Shown: one piece after another, positions 1 to 8,838 of the stretch
Layout: every line of letters begins with the position of its first letter
How positions within the stretch are numbered: position 1 is the stretch's first letter
NCBI GenBank assembly: GCA_028704525.1
Contig: JAQWFF010000001.1
Span: 1-39,462 of the forward strand
Reading direction: 5' to 3'
DNA: 39,462 nucleotides
Origin: Candidatus Dojkabacteria bacterium
GTDB taxonomy: Bacteria > Patescibacteriota > Dojkabacteria > SC72
The notes under the pieces: generated by a model
Database searches by the model: none
Seen by the model: the letters and a program-made list of their open reading frames with translations, nothing else
Told to the model about the DNA's origin: nothing
Program-made: the position numbers and the translations under genes

Positions 1-127
1 AATGCCATTGCTTCTGGAGATGGATTATCACCCATCCTATACTTCACATCCTCAAACTGCTCATTAATAATTTTAGATTTCTCATTCATTGAATCATCAG
101 AAACATAGAAAATCTTGTTAATACCAT
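1..127. repeat. Terminal direct repeat, left copy (identical to 39336-39462)
   Basis: Aligning the first and last lines of the window base by base gives an exact match with an offset of 39,335. The start codon complement 'cat' at 87-89 corresponds to 39422-39424. Confidence 0.9.
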
Positions 128-3100
128 TCTCTGCAAGGATGCTAAGTAATCTGTCATGTATCTTCTTATTAGTATCTTTTCTATAATACTCTGGAAGAAT
201 TGCACCACTAAACTCATTCAAAGCTACTGCCCTTCTAGGCTTTGCTTCAAGATATGGTACTGGAGCTGAAAGAAGTCTATCAGCCCACTTCTTTGTTTTC
301 TCTACAAGGTATTCATCTGTAACTGAATCAAACTCATAACCATTGTTTCTAAATGCAGAAATGAAACTTGCCATAGTCCTACTTCCCTTTGCATAATCCC
401 CCATTGCATACTCTAAATGCTCTGAACCTCTATAATCAAATTCAAACTCTCCTTTGTAATCTTTTGTACTAAACTTGTTGTACTGCTCTAACTTCTGAGC
501 TTGTTTTGCAAAGCTATTATATTGCTTAGAGGTTATCTCATCATACTCTGCTTCACTTACCAGCCTTCCATAACTATCCCTCTTGGCTTGTGCAATTGAT
601 TTATATTGTTTAGCACCTTTTGCTTTAATTAGGTTTATACCACCAAATATACTTCCCTCCTGTCCTTTAATCCCCTTACCAAACATAGCTCTTACTTTGT
701 TCTCTGTAGTATATGGCTCTTTCTTACCACTAATCTTTATATATGGCTCACTAAACATTCCATCAAAATATCTCTCAATCCATGCTTCATACCTATCAAA
801 TGTACCATCATCAATCTCCTGCACTTTTTTCTCAATTGCTTCCTTTGTTGCATACTTATCAACCTCTTCTCCTGTCTTATTCTTCTCCAGCTCTCTCAGG
901 CTTCTGTATAATCCATATAAGAAGTGTTCTAACTGTACATCATTATCATACTGCTCCATTACACCTTCTACATACACTTGCTTCATATACTTGGTATCAA
1001 GTCTTGTATTCTTATTAGCTTCTTCTTCTACCATTTGCTGTACTATTGCCTTCTTCTGTTTCATTACCTTCTCATCACCCTCTGCAACTTCCTGCATCAA
1101 AAAGTCTTTGTTCTTTTTAAATGTTTCTGTTTCTACATACTCCTGATAAGGAATATGTAACGGCTTGTAGATAATTGGTACTTTTATTCCCCTCTCTTCT
1201 AAATATAGAGCCTTCATTGCATGGCTTCTCTTTGCTTTGTAAAACAATTCACCCTTTGCATCACCATGTTGAATAGCATCCTGAAGGTCATACATATAAT
1301 CATCAACCTTATCAAACATCTCTTGAACTGCTTTGTCATTAAAGTAGAACTCCTGCCATTGTTTCTTATTAAGGTCATATTCTGGAGCTGGTACTCTTGG
1401 AGAATATATATCATGAGAATAAAGCCTGTTATCTCTATCCACTTCTGGATCAATAATCTCTCTACCACCTACAAGAGTTATTTCACCAAACCCTCTTATT
1501 GGATTCTCTGGCTTTGTTACTGCAAGTGATGGAGCTGGGAGCTTCCCATCAAATTGAGCTAATAGCAAATTCTCAGCAGATATATTATGCAATGTAACAA
1601 GTGGCTGTAATACACCACCTACTTGTGTTCTAAACATTCTTCTCTTCTCTTGTCTATACTCTGGATTTACTCTTCCATCTGGAAGTAATTGGTCTGTCTT
1701 AGTTCCAGCACCCTGAATAGATGCAAGATACTTATTCCAATTCTTCTGTTGCTTTGCTTCTAATCTTTGCTGTCTATCAAGTAATCTTCCAGATATAAGA
1801 CTCTCATAGAAATCATCAATGTCTTTAATATGGTCAATACCTCTAAACATTCTATCTACAAATACATCTACCATTCTCTTTAACTTACCCCAGAAAGTAG
1901 TAGAGTTTCTATTGTTAATATAATCAATAATATTCTCTGCCAACCATTCCTCAGCCATTGCATCTGCACTTACTACTTGGGAATCAACACCTCTGTACAT
2001 ACCTTTTGCATTTTTAGTAATACCAAACTGATTCCTATACTCTCTCTGCTTACTTCTTTGTGAAGCATTTTTTGAATATGGTAAATCTCTTGGGTCAAAT
2101 TTGCCCTCTACAATTGTATATGGATTCTCAAAATCAGCAGGTTTAAGTGCTGTAATATGCCATGTCTTTCCATCTACTTGCTCTCCAGCAAGACCAAACT
2201 GACTTCCATCTATAAGAGATTGAGCATGTACAGCATCCATTTCACCATCTACAAGATATATAACTCTCTCTCCAGTTTTTGCATCCACATATTGAACAGA
2301 AGAACCATACAGATTCTCAGGCTTTATACCAACACTTTCTGCATAAGATAAAAGAAGATTCTCTTTACCACTCCATTCTGGACTTCTCTTTGCAATATCT
2401 TCTACTCCAACACCAGCTCTTCTAACTGATGGGAGATTCAATTCATAACTTGCTAATGCACTAGACCAGTAACTTGCCAATCTTAGCTTATCTTCTGATG
2501 TCCTTCCATTCCATTCCTTTACAAGATTCTCTTTCCCTACTCTCTTTACAACCTCTTTTATCATTGCACTCTTCTCATCTGCTGTAAGGAATATATCAAA
2601 AGCTTTATGTACTGCTTCATGATAGAAGGTACTTCCAATATGAGCTTGACCACTCTTGATCTCAATCAACCTATTAAGATACACACCAAGAGCCTTCTTG
2701 TTTCTTAGTATGTTTTTAACTAGCTCTACATTATCATCACCAAACCATACTTTACTTATCTCCTTCATAGCACCTATTGTCATTTGATCCTTCATCTTAT
2801 CCTCTAAGACTTTTAATTCATCCTGTCTGAATGGAAGATCATCATCTGTAAACACATCTTCTCCCTTATCAAATGCCAATGGAGATTCTTTTAAAACCTC
2901 CATTTCTTTTTTCATCATTGCTAATATTTCTTTTGCATATCTTTCATCTTTAGATACCCTGCCCATATCAGAATCCAATGTTGTTTTGAAAATAAACCTG
3001 TAATCATCAACAACTTTTTGCTGATCTTTGATCTCTCTCTCTAATTGTGCTACATATTTATCATATCCACCAGCAACCTTAACCTTCTTATTTACCTTCT

Positions 3101-5663
3101 CCATGTATTTATCAAGTGCATATTGTTTAGGATTCTCTTTTTTATACTGAGCTTCCTCTTCCTCTAAGAAAACAGAATCCATTAAAGAAGTTGCAATATC
3201 TTCTATAGATGTCATTCCACTATCTACTTCTTCTTGCATACCATCTCTTTTAATCATTGATTCAATCTCATTCTTTATGGAGGTTCTAACCATATTAAAC
3301 TCATTCTTCATCCCTTCAGGTATATACTTTGATGTCTTCTTATACCCTCTTAAACTATCAAACGCCAACTGAATAATTTCTGGATTGCTAGATTCTTTTG
3401 AGATATATTCTGGCAAAACACCTTTTATTTCTGGGACTTCTTTTAATACTGTACCTTTCTTCTCAATCTTTTCTGGGGTTACCTCAGGCTTCTGCATCTC
3501 TACCCCTTCTCTACTCTGACTCTCTTCTAAGATAGCTTGATATACTTGCCATGCCTTTGTACCTTCTTGTGGGATTGTGTTATTTAAGAAAGCATCATAT
3601 GCCTTCTGTACATACTTCCTACTTCTCAATGCTTCTGGAATAAACTCTGGTATTACCATTCCTTCTACTCCATAACTGTAATCCTCATTACCATAGTTAG
3701 CACTCTCTGAATCACTTACTTTTGAAACAACTTTCCTTTTTGCTCCCTGATCTAATACTGCACTTATATCTCTTAATACTTCTTGAACCTGAGCATCCTC
3801 TGAATAATCAGTTTTAACCTCACCCTCTTCTATCTTAACTTCCTGTACTGGCTCTGCTACCAACCCACTTTCTGCTTGTGCAATATCTGCCTTTAACATC
3901 TCTTCTTCCTTGTCTATTTCAACACCACCAAATACTGATTCTGGCTCTTTCATAACCTCTTCTTTAGGTACTATAATCTCTCCAGAATCAACATCATACA
4001 AATTACCCTCTTTATCTAAAGCCTTATCTTCTGCAAGACCAAACTTCTCTTTGTTGTTATTTATGTAATCAATAGATTTTTGTTTATCTTTATTCTGAAC
4101 ATAACCCTGTATCATTGCTCCAGATTGTGTAGCACCAAAGCCAAGAATCTCTATCAACATTCTCTCTCTACCTTCTTTAGTATCAATCCCTTGATATTCT
4201 GTTCTTTCTATGGCAGATTGTAATGGATTGAGTAACTCTTCCTCTAAGAACTCTCCAACTACACCATCAAACTTAGCTTGTTTCAAAAGACCATAGAGAG
4301 TACCTTGAGCCAATTTACCAGTTTTTCTCATCCAGTTAGCAAAACTACCAAACACCTTAGTTTTAATAAGACTATTCATAAACTCTTCACCACCAGTACC
4401 CAATACCTGACCCCAACTTTCTGAATATACTTCTAAGAAATTTGAAAGCTTTGCCATTTGCATTGCTTTGTTATCCTCTGAAACAACACCAAAACCTTGC
4501 TCCTCTTCTGAATACCTTGCATCCTGTAATTTCTCAAGAATAATATCACCTGTCTTATCTACAAAATATGCATATTCTGGAGTAGTAAGCTCTAAATACT
4601 TCCTATCAATTTCTGAGGTATAATGTGGAGCAAGATTCATAGCTCTTACTGCCTGAACACCTGCAACTTCTAAAGTCTTTAAAAGCCCTGTTGAAACACT
4701 TGTTGGATCTGGTACTCCACCACCTGAAAGAACTGCTGATGTTGCCATTGCACTTCCCCATCCAAGAGATGTTCCCTGTAAGCCAAATATTTTGTCCATA
4801 AGGCTTTTATCAATCTCCTTCTGCTGTTCTAGTTTATTAACAAAATCTATTAAGGCATATGACTGCTCACTTTCTGAAAGACTATCCCATCCCTCTTTCT
4901 CTAGTTTTCCTGTTGCTTCTGCACCTTTCTTTAATGTAGATGTATTAAATGTTGGAGTTGCTATTGTAGTTCCCTCTTCATTGAAAGCATTACCTTTAGC
5001 AAATCCCATATCAATATTCTTTAAGAACTCTGGAAGTATTCCCTTGCTTATATAAGTCATTCCAAGCTCTGCTTCTAACTTCTTTAAAGCAATATATTCT
5101 TGTGTTCCCTTAACCCTTTCATAATCTTTTCCTATTATTTGAGGATTTGTTCCTAACTCCTCACTCAATGTATCTACCTTCTCTTTAAGAATTTCATAAG
5201 CCCTTAGCTTAGCTAAATCTTGTACCTCTTGTAATGTATCTATTTTCTCCTGACCTGTTTTGAGATTGTCATAGTATTGTTGTAGCTCTTCTCTATTTAC
5301 TTTCCCACCCTTACTTTCAAATCCAATAAACTCTTCTTGAAATCTCTCCCAATCTGTTCTTTTATCTCCCTCTTTTCTTTTACCAAGTGTTATATCCTTA
5401 ACAAAATTGCCAACCTTCTTGAAAAAACCAACCTTCTCTTCCTCTGGCTTTACAACTTCTTCTGTAGGCTTAGTTGATTCTTCCATTTTCTCTTGATAAG
5501 AAGTATCTTCCTCAGCAGTATTTAACCAAGCATTAAAACTTTCAAATGTACCACCTTCTTGAGATTCTGTACTTTGTTCTGTAGATAAACTATTAGAAGA
5601 AGATTTCTCTTTCTCATCTTCATCATCATCTTCTAACCACTTTCTGAAGTCATTGATAGCCAT
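1..5663 (-). CDS. Giant multidomain virion or ejection-type ('polyvalent'-like) protein, N-terminal ~1,887 codons. The ORF runs off the left edge and continues at 39335
   Basis: Manual translation from the ATG at 5663-5661 (MAINDFRKWLEDDDEDEKEK...) found no stop down to position 1. It is missing from the ORF track because it has no stop codon inside the window. An HEAVH (HExxH) motif is encoded at 2607-2621. Only junk plus-strand ORFs are listed in this 5.6-kb stretch. Confidence 0.85.
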   Translation of the reverse strand, partial: MAINDFRKWLEDDDEDEKEKSSSNSLSTEQSTESQEGGTFESFNAWLNTAEEDTSYQEKMEESTKPTEEVVKPEEEKVGFFKKVGNFVKDITLGKRKEGDKRTDWERFQEEFIGFESKGGKVNREELQQYYDNLKTGQEKIDTLQEVQDLAKLRAYEILKEKVDTLSEELGTNPQIIGKDYERVKGTQEYIALKKLEAELGMTYISKGILPEFLKNIDMGFAKGNAFNEEGTTIATPTFNTSTLKKGAEATGKLEKEGWDSLSESEQSYALIDFVNKLEQQKEIDKSLMDKIFGLQGTSLGWGSAMATSAVLSGGGVPDPTSVSTGLLKTLEVAGVQAVRAMNLAPHYTSEIDRKYLELTTPEYAYFVDKTGDIILEKLQDARYSEEEQGFGVVSEDNKAMQMAKLSNFLEVYSESWGQVLGTGGEEFMNSLIKTKVFGSFANWMRKTGKLAQGTLYGLLKQAKFDGVVGEFLEEELLNPLQSAIERTEYQGIDTKEGRERMLIEILGFGATQSGAMIQGYVQNKDKQKSIDYINNNKEKFGLAEDKALDKEGNLYDVDSGEIIVPKEEVMKEPESVFGGVEIDKEEEMLKADIAQAESGLVAEPVQEVKIEEGEVKTDYSEDAQVQEVLRDISAVLDQGAKRKVVSKVSDSESANYGNEDYSYGVEGMVIPEFIPEALRSRKYVQKAYDAFLNNTIPQEGTKAWQVYQAILEESQSREGVEMQKPEVTPEKIEKKGTVLKEVPEIKGVLPEYISKESSNPEIIQLAFDSLRGYKKTSKYIPEGMKNEFNMVRTSIKNEIESMIKRDGMQEEVDSGMTSIEDIATSLMDSVFLEEEEAQYKKENPKQYALDKYMEKVNKKVKVAGGYDKYVAQLEREIKDQQKVVDDYRFIFKTTLDSDMGRVSKDERYAKEILAMMKKEMEVLKESPLAFDKGEDVFTDDDLPFRQDELKVLEDKMKDQMTIGAMKEISKVWFGDDNVELVKNILRNKKALGVYLNRLIEIKSGQAHIGSTFYHEAVHKAFDIFLTADEKSAMIKEVVKRVGKENLVKEWNGRTSEDKLRLASYWSSALASYELNLPSVRRAGVGVEDIAKRSPEWSGKENLLLSYAESVGIKPENLYGSSVQYVDAKTGERVIYLVDGEMDAVHAQSLIDGSQFGLAGEQVDGKTWHITALKPADFENPYTIVEGKFDPRDLPYSKNASQRSKQREYRNQFGITKNAKGMYRGVDSQVVSADAMAEEWLAENIIDYINNRNSTTFWGKLKRMVDVFVDRMFRGIDHIKDIDDFYESLISGRLLDRQQRLEAKQQKNWNKYLASIQGAGTKTDQLLPDGRVNPEYRQEKRRMFRTQVGGVLQPLVTLHNISAENLLLAQFDGKLPAPSLAVTKPENPIRGFGEITLVGGREIIDPEVDRDNRLYSHDIYSPRVPAPEYDLNKKQWQEFYFNDKAVQEMFDKVDDYMYDLQDAIQHGDAKGELFYKAKRSHAMKALYLEERGIKVPIIYKPLHIPYQEYVETETFKKNKDFLMQEVAEGDEKVMKQKKAIVQQMVEEEANKNTRLDTKYMKQVYVEGVMEQYDNDVQLEHFLYGLYRSLRELEKNKTGEEVDKYATKEAIEKKVQEIDDGTFDRYEAWIERYFDGMFSEPYIKISGKKEPYTTENKVRAMFGKGIKGQEGSIFGGINLIKAKGAKQYKSIAQAKRDSYGRLVSEAEYDEITSKQYNSFAKQAQKLEQYNKFSTKDYKGEFEFDYRGSEHLEYAMGDYAKGSRTMASFISAFRNNGYEFDSVTDEYLVEKTKKWADRLLSAPVPYLEAKPRRAVALNEFSGAILPEYYRKDTNKKIHDRLLSILAENGINKIFYVSDDSMNEKSKIINEQFEDVKYRMGDNPSPEAMA

Positions 5664-5686
5664 CTTGTCTTATTATTAAGTTAATT

Positions 5687-7138
5687 TTAGATTCCAAGTA
5701 TGCTTAAAGGAGCTACCTTGTTATTTTTGAAATCCCATGTCTGATAACCACCAGACTTTAAAGCATTGTACAAAAGCTCTGTACCAGCCTTACCATACTT
5801 TGCTACAAATTCACTATTTGCCTTCTTAATTTCCCAATCAGCCAACACCCTATCTCCACCAGTTTTACCTGTACCAGTTGTACCACCACTATTTACAATA
5901 TCATCTTCATATTTTTCCTCAAGAGTGTAAAGGAAGTTTAGAGATTCCTTCTGCATTGATTGCCATTGAGCAGAAGTGTACCCATAACTATTCCTTGTAG
6001 TTGTTGAACCACCACTACTTGCTACCTTTGTTTTGCCAAGTGTCTGATGTTTTACTGTTACTGCACCAGTATATGGATCTACATAGATTATATCTGCAAT
6101 TACATTTCCATATTGGTCTGTTCTATTAGTTATAGACTTGATTGTTGAACCAGCTGGAATCTTTATTCTTGAAGTAAATCCTACTGGAAGTCCAGCTTGT
6201 ACCTCAAGCTTGTGAATTGCCAACTGCTCTGCTTCACTCATATCACTCCATCTCATTTGTCCACTTGTAATCATATCTGCATACATTGATAATTGAGCTG
6301 ATGCTGTCTTTTGCTGTTCTTGTCTTAGAGCCATCTTGAAATCTCTTTCATCTCTTGCCTGTTCTACAAGTGAATCATATACTGCCATTCTCTTATTAAA
6401 CTCACTATCATATGCTTCCTTTGCAGTATTGTAGTCCATCTGTTTAAACTGCATTGTCATATTGATATATGTATATGCACTATTTGCTACATCTGTAAGA
6501 TACTGTACATTACTAGAAAGCCAACTAATCTGCTCTTGTCTATCCCTTGTAGCTTGGTCTATTCTTCCTTCAATCACTCCAAGCCTTTGTGTCTTACCTC
6601 TTTCTGTATTTCTCTGTTGCATGAGAAGATTCTCTTGCTCTCTAATCATATTCTTATACTCATTGATACTTGATTCAACACTATCCAATCCCATGTCCAA
6701 TCTCAACTTGTTAAATGTTTCTTCAAACTTAGGAGCTACTGGAGCTTCACCTTCCATCCCAAGTGCATCTCCTGTAATAAATTCACTTACAGCTTCACCA
6801 GATGTTTCTCCATCAAATGGGTCAAAGTTCTCAAGTGCTTCTAGTTCTTCCTGCTCTGTATTTAAGAACTCTGCCAACTCTTCTGAATTTGCTGGAGCAT
6901 TTTGTGGTATTGTAGGAGCTGGAGTTGGAGCTGGAGTAGATGTAGAAGTTGTTGATGTTTTACCCAGAAGAGAATCTGGTATTATCAATTTCTGTCCTGA
7001 ATAAATAGTATATTTGCTGTTAAGCTTATTAGCTTGAGCTACTGCATCCCATGAGCTTCTTGAGCCATATGTAGAAACACCCAAATTCTTGAGGATTTGA
7101 GATACACTATCCCCTGACTTTACTGTTACTGTTGCCAT
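5687..7138 (-). CDS. LysM-domain protein with Thr/Pro linker and coiled-coil-like middle region (virion-associated cell-wall binding protein?)
   Basis: The N-terminus VTVKSGDSVSQILKNLGV...YSGQKLIIP fits the LysM pattern. It is followed by a TSTTSTSTPAPTPAPT linker. The gene sits between the tail genes and the giant ORF. Confidence 0.7.
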   Translation of the reverse strand: MATVTVKSGDSVSQILKNLGVSTYGSRSSWDAVAQANKLNSKYTIYSGQKLIIPDSLLGKTSTTSTSTPAPTPAPTIPQNAPANSEELAEFLNTEQEELEALENFDPFDGETSGEAVSEFITGDALGMEGEAPVAPKFEETFNKLRLDMGLDSVESSINEYKNMIREQENLLMQQRNTERGKTQRLGVIEGRIDQATRDRQEQISWLSSNVQYLTDVANSAYTYINMTMQFKQMDYNTAKEAYDSEFNKRMAVYDSLVEQARDERDFKMALRQEQQKTASAQLSMYADMITSGQMRWSDMSEAEQLAIHKLEVQAGLPVGFTSRIKIPAGSTIKSITNRTDQYGNVIADIIYVDPYTGAVTVKHQTLGKTKVASSGGSTTTRNSYGYTSAQWQSMQKESLNFLYTLEEKYEDDIVNSGGTTGTGKTGGDRVLADWEIKKANSEFVAKYGKAGTELLYNALKSGGYQTWDFKNNKVAPLSILGI

Positions 7139-7221
7139 CTTATTAAAGTTACAAGTTATACCCCATTATCCCATTCCCTATTCTTATTATATATTATATC
7201 AACTTAGTAAATATAACAATG

Positions 7222-8118
7222 CTAAGTTAATAGGTTAAACTCTTCATCTAATGCCAACTCATATAATGTATAATCCAATGTTAATGTTCTCTCTGGGAAA
7301 TCATCTTCCCACCAAACATTTTCTCTCCACCAACTAATCTTCAGTTCTGTTTCATCTATTTGTACATATATAAGCTCATATGATTGCATATCATCATCAC
7401 TAGCAATTGTTGGGTCTGTTAAACTATTCAAATCTACAACAGAAGGTATATTTGCAAACCCATCATAAATAGTGGAAAGATTAGTAAGAGTAGGAATTTG
7501 AGGAAAGAAAAAGGGAATATATCCAAGATTATGAACATAACTAACTTCATGATAACTTCCATAACTCATTAAGTCCTCTGGAGCTGTAATACTTAGTTGT
7601 CCACTCTTTATTACTCTTGGAGTATTCCATAATGTATCTATATGCATATCTTTAGGTAAATCTAAATCACAATCTTTACCCTCTTTAGCCACCCTTATTG
7701 AAGGATAGTTAGGATATACAATGCTATTACCAGTACCATCAATCAGGGGATCAAACATGTAGAATATTTGCAGTTTCTCTGTATATGCTCTTAGATTTAT
7801 ATTGAAATTTGTATTATCAACTGTTACATATGAGAAAGTATTTGAACCATAATTAGGCTGTGCATCTCCAACATGCGACCATTTATCATAAACCTTAATC
7901 ATATGCCAGAATCTAGGAATATAACCTAAACCATGAGCTAATGTAGTTGTGTAATCAGTATCCTCATCAACCCCACTTGGTCTTGTAATAACAACACTCT
8001 TGTAAATTTTAGGAGTATTCCTTTCAGAAGAGAAGCTTTTATCCTTATCTTGTAAAGTAATATCATCTAAATCTCTTCCTTGTCTTGCTACCTCTAAAAC
8101 AGGTTTAATACCAAGCAT
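7222..8118 (-). CDS. Tail or baseplate-associated protein made of two copies of a ~145-aa domain (paralogous to 8105..8530)
   Basis: The motifs VLEVARQGRDL...NTPKIYKS...HGLGYIP and IRVAKEGKDCDL...NTPRVIKS...HNLGYIP occur twice within this ORF. It overlaps the upstream gene by 14 nt. Confidence 0.45.
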   Translation of the reverse strand: MLGIKPVLEVARQGRDLDDITLQDKDKSFSSERNTPKIYKSVVITRPSGVDEDTDYTTTLAHGLGYIPRFWHMIKVYDKWSHVGDAQPNYGSNTFSYVTVDNTNFNINLRAYTEKLQIFYMFDPLIDGTGNSIVYPNYPSIRVAKEGKDCDLDLPKDMHIDTLWNTPRVIKSGQLSITAPEDLMSYGSYHEVSYVHNLGYIPFFFPQIPTLTNLSTIYDGFANIPSVVDLNSLTDPTIASDDDMQSYELIYVQIDETELKISWWRENVWWEDDFPERTLTLDYTLYELALDEEFNLLT

Positions 8119-8530
8119 CTGTATCAGAAATCAAATTAACTATAATTATATAATCAATACTAACAGTTTCTCCAACAGCTCTCCAATCATCAGTTCTCAA
8201 TTGTACCCTGATATTATCAACATCCAAATGCTTCTTACCAACTTCTATCTTATGATATACTCCAGTAACTTCCCATCTATACATATAAGGAATTGTTCTG
8301 TAGAAGGATTCTGTACTTAACTTAAAATATCCTTCTACTAAAGGATACCAGCCAAGATTGTGATTCAAGTCCACATGGGGATTGTAATTAGAAATACCAG
8401 CTGATAATGTACCAGTAAAAGTAAGATACTCCTTTATAGTATTCTTAGTGGAATCAATATTCTTATGTATATCTTCACAAGTATTAAGGTCATACCCTTC
8501 TCTTGCTACTTCTAATATTGGTATTAACAT
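8105..8530 (-). CDS. Tail or baseplate-associated protein, single copy of the same ~140-aa domain
   Basis: ILEVAREGYDL...NTIKEY...HNLGWYP matches the domain pattern of 7222..8118. The gene lies in the structural block. Confidence 0.4.
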   Translation of the reverse strand: MLIPILEVAREGYDLNTCEDIHKNIDSTKNTIKEYLTFTGTLSAGISNYNPHVDLNHNLGWYPLVEGYFKLSTESFYRTIPYMYRWEVTGVYHKIEVGKKHLDVDNIRVQLRTDDWRAVGETVSIDYIIIVNLISDTDAWY

Positions 8531-8532
8531 AG

Positions 8533-8838
8533 TTATACATTCTTAAATCCAAGTCTGATAGATAAGTTCCCATCTTCATCATAATACTTAAATGAAACTT
8601 CCTGAGTAATATCACTTGCAGTTACTTCTATATTACCCCCCATATCAACCCTAAATGGAGCTGTTTCAAAATCACTACTACCCAGCCATATACCCCTCTC
8701 ATCCATTTTAAAAGTCTTGCTTCCAGCACCTACTTCAATTGTACTAAAATACCCTCTCTCTGGTACTTGATTTGTAGATTCACTCTCAATTGGATTTGCT
8801 GTACCATCCTCTGGAAGAACTATATTTCTAAAGCCCAT
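8533..8838 (-). CDS. Small structural protein (unknown)
   Basis: ORF of 101 aa, tightly packed, overlapping the upstream tail gene by 11 nt. No recognisable motif. Confidence 0.35.
   Translation of the reverse strand: MGFRNIVLPEDGTANPIESESTNQVPERGYFSTIEVGAGSKTFKMDERGIWLGSSDFETAPFRVDMGGNIEVTASDITQEVSFKYYDEDGNLSIRLGFKNV

Noticed and set aside
583-5055. Plus-strand ORFs in the left 5.6 kb (583..1146, 782..1018, 978..1160, 1221..1529, 2157..2351, 4792..5055).
   Set aside because: Their products are low-complexity Ser/Leu/Phe/Cys-rich junk. They are antisense to a continuous, well-behaved minus-strand reading frame (the giant ORF). The same applies to every other plus-strand ORF in the track, all of which lie inside longer minus-strand genes.
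1-5663. Stop-codon reassignment (alternative genetic code) as the reason the track shows no minus-strand ORF here.
   Set aside because: Manual translation found no in-frame stops at all. The ORF is missing only because it runs off the window edge. TAA, TAG and TGA each terminate well-delimited genes elsewhere (for example TGA at 12091, 26816 and 29286), so the standard code fits.
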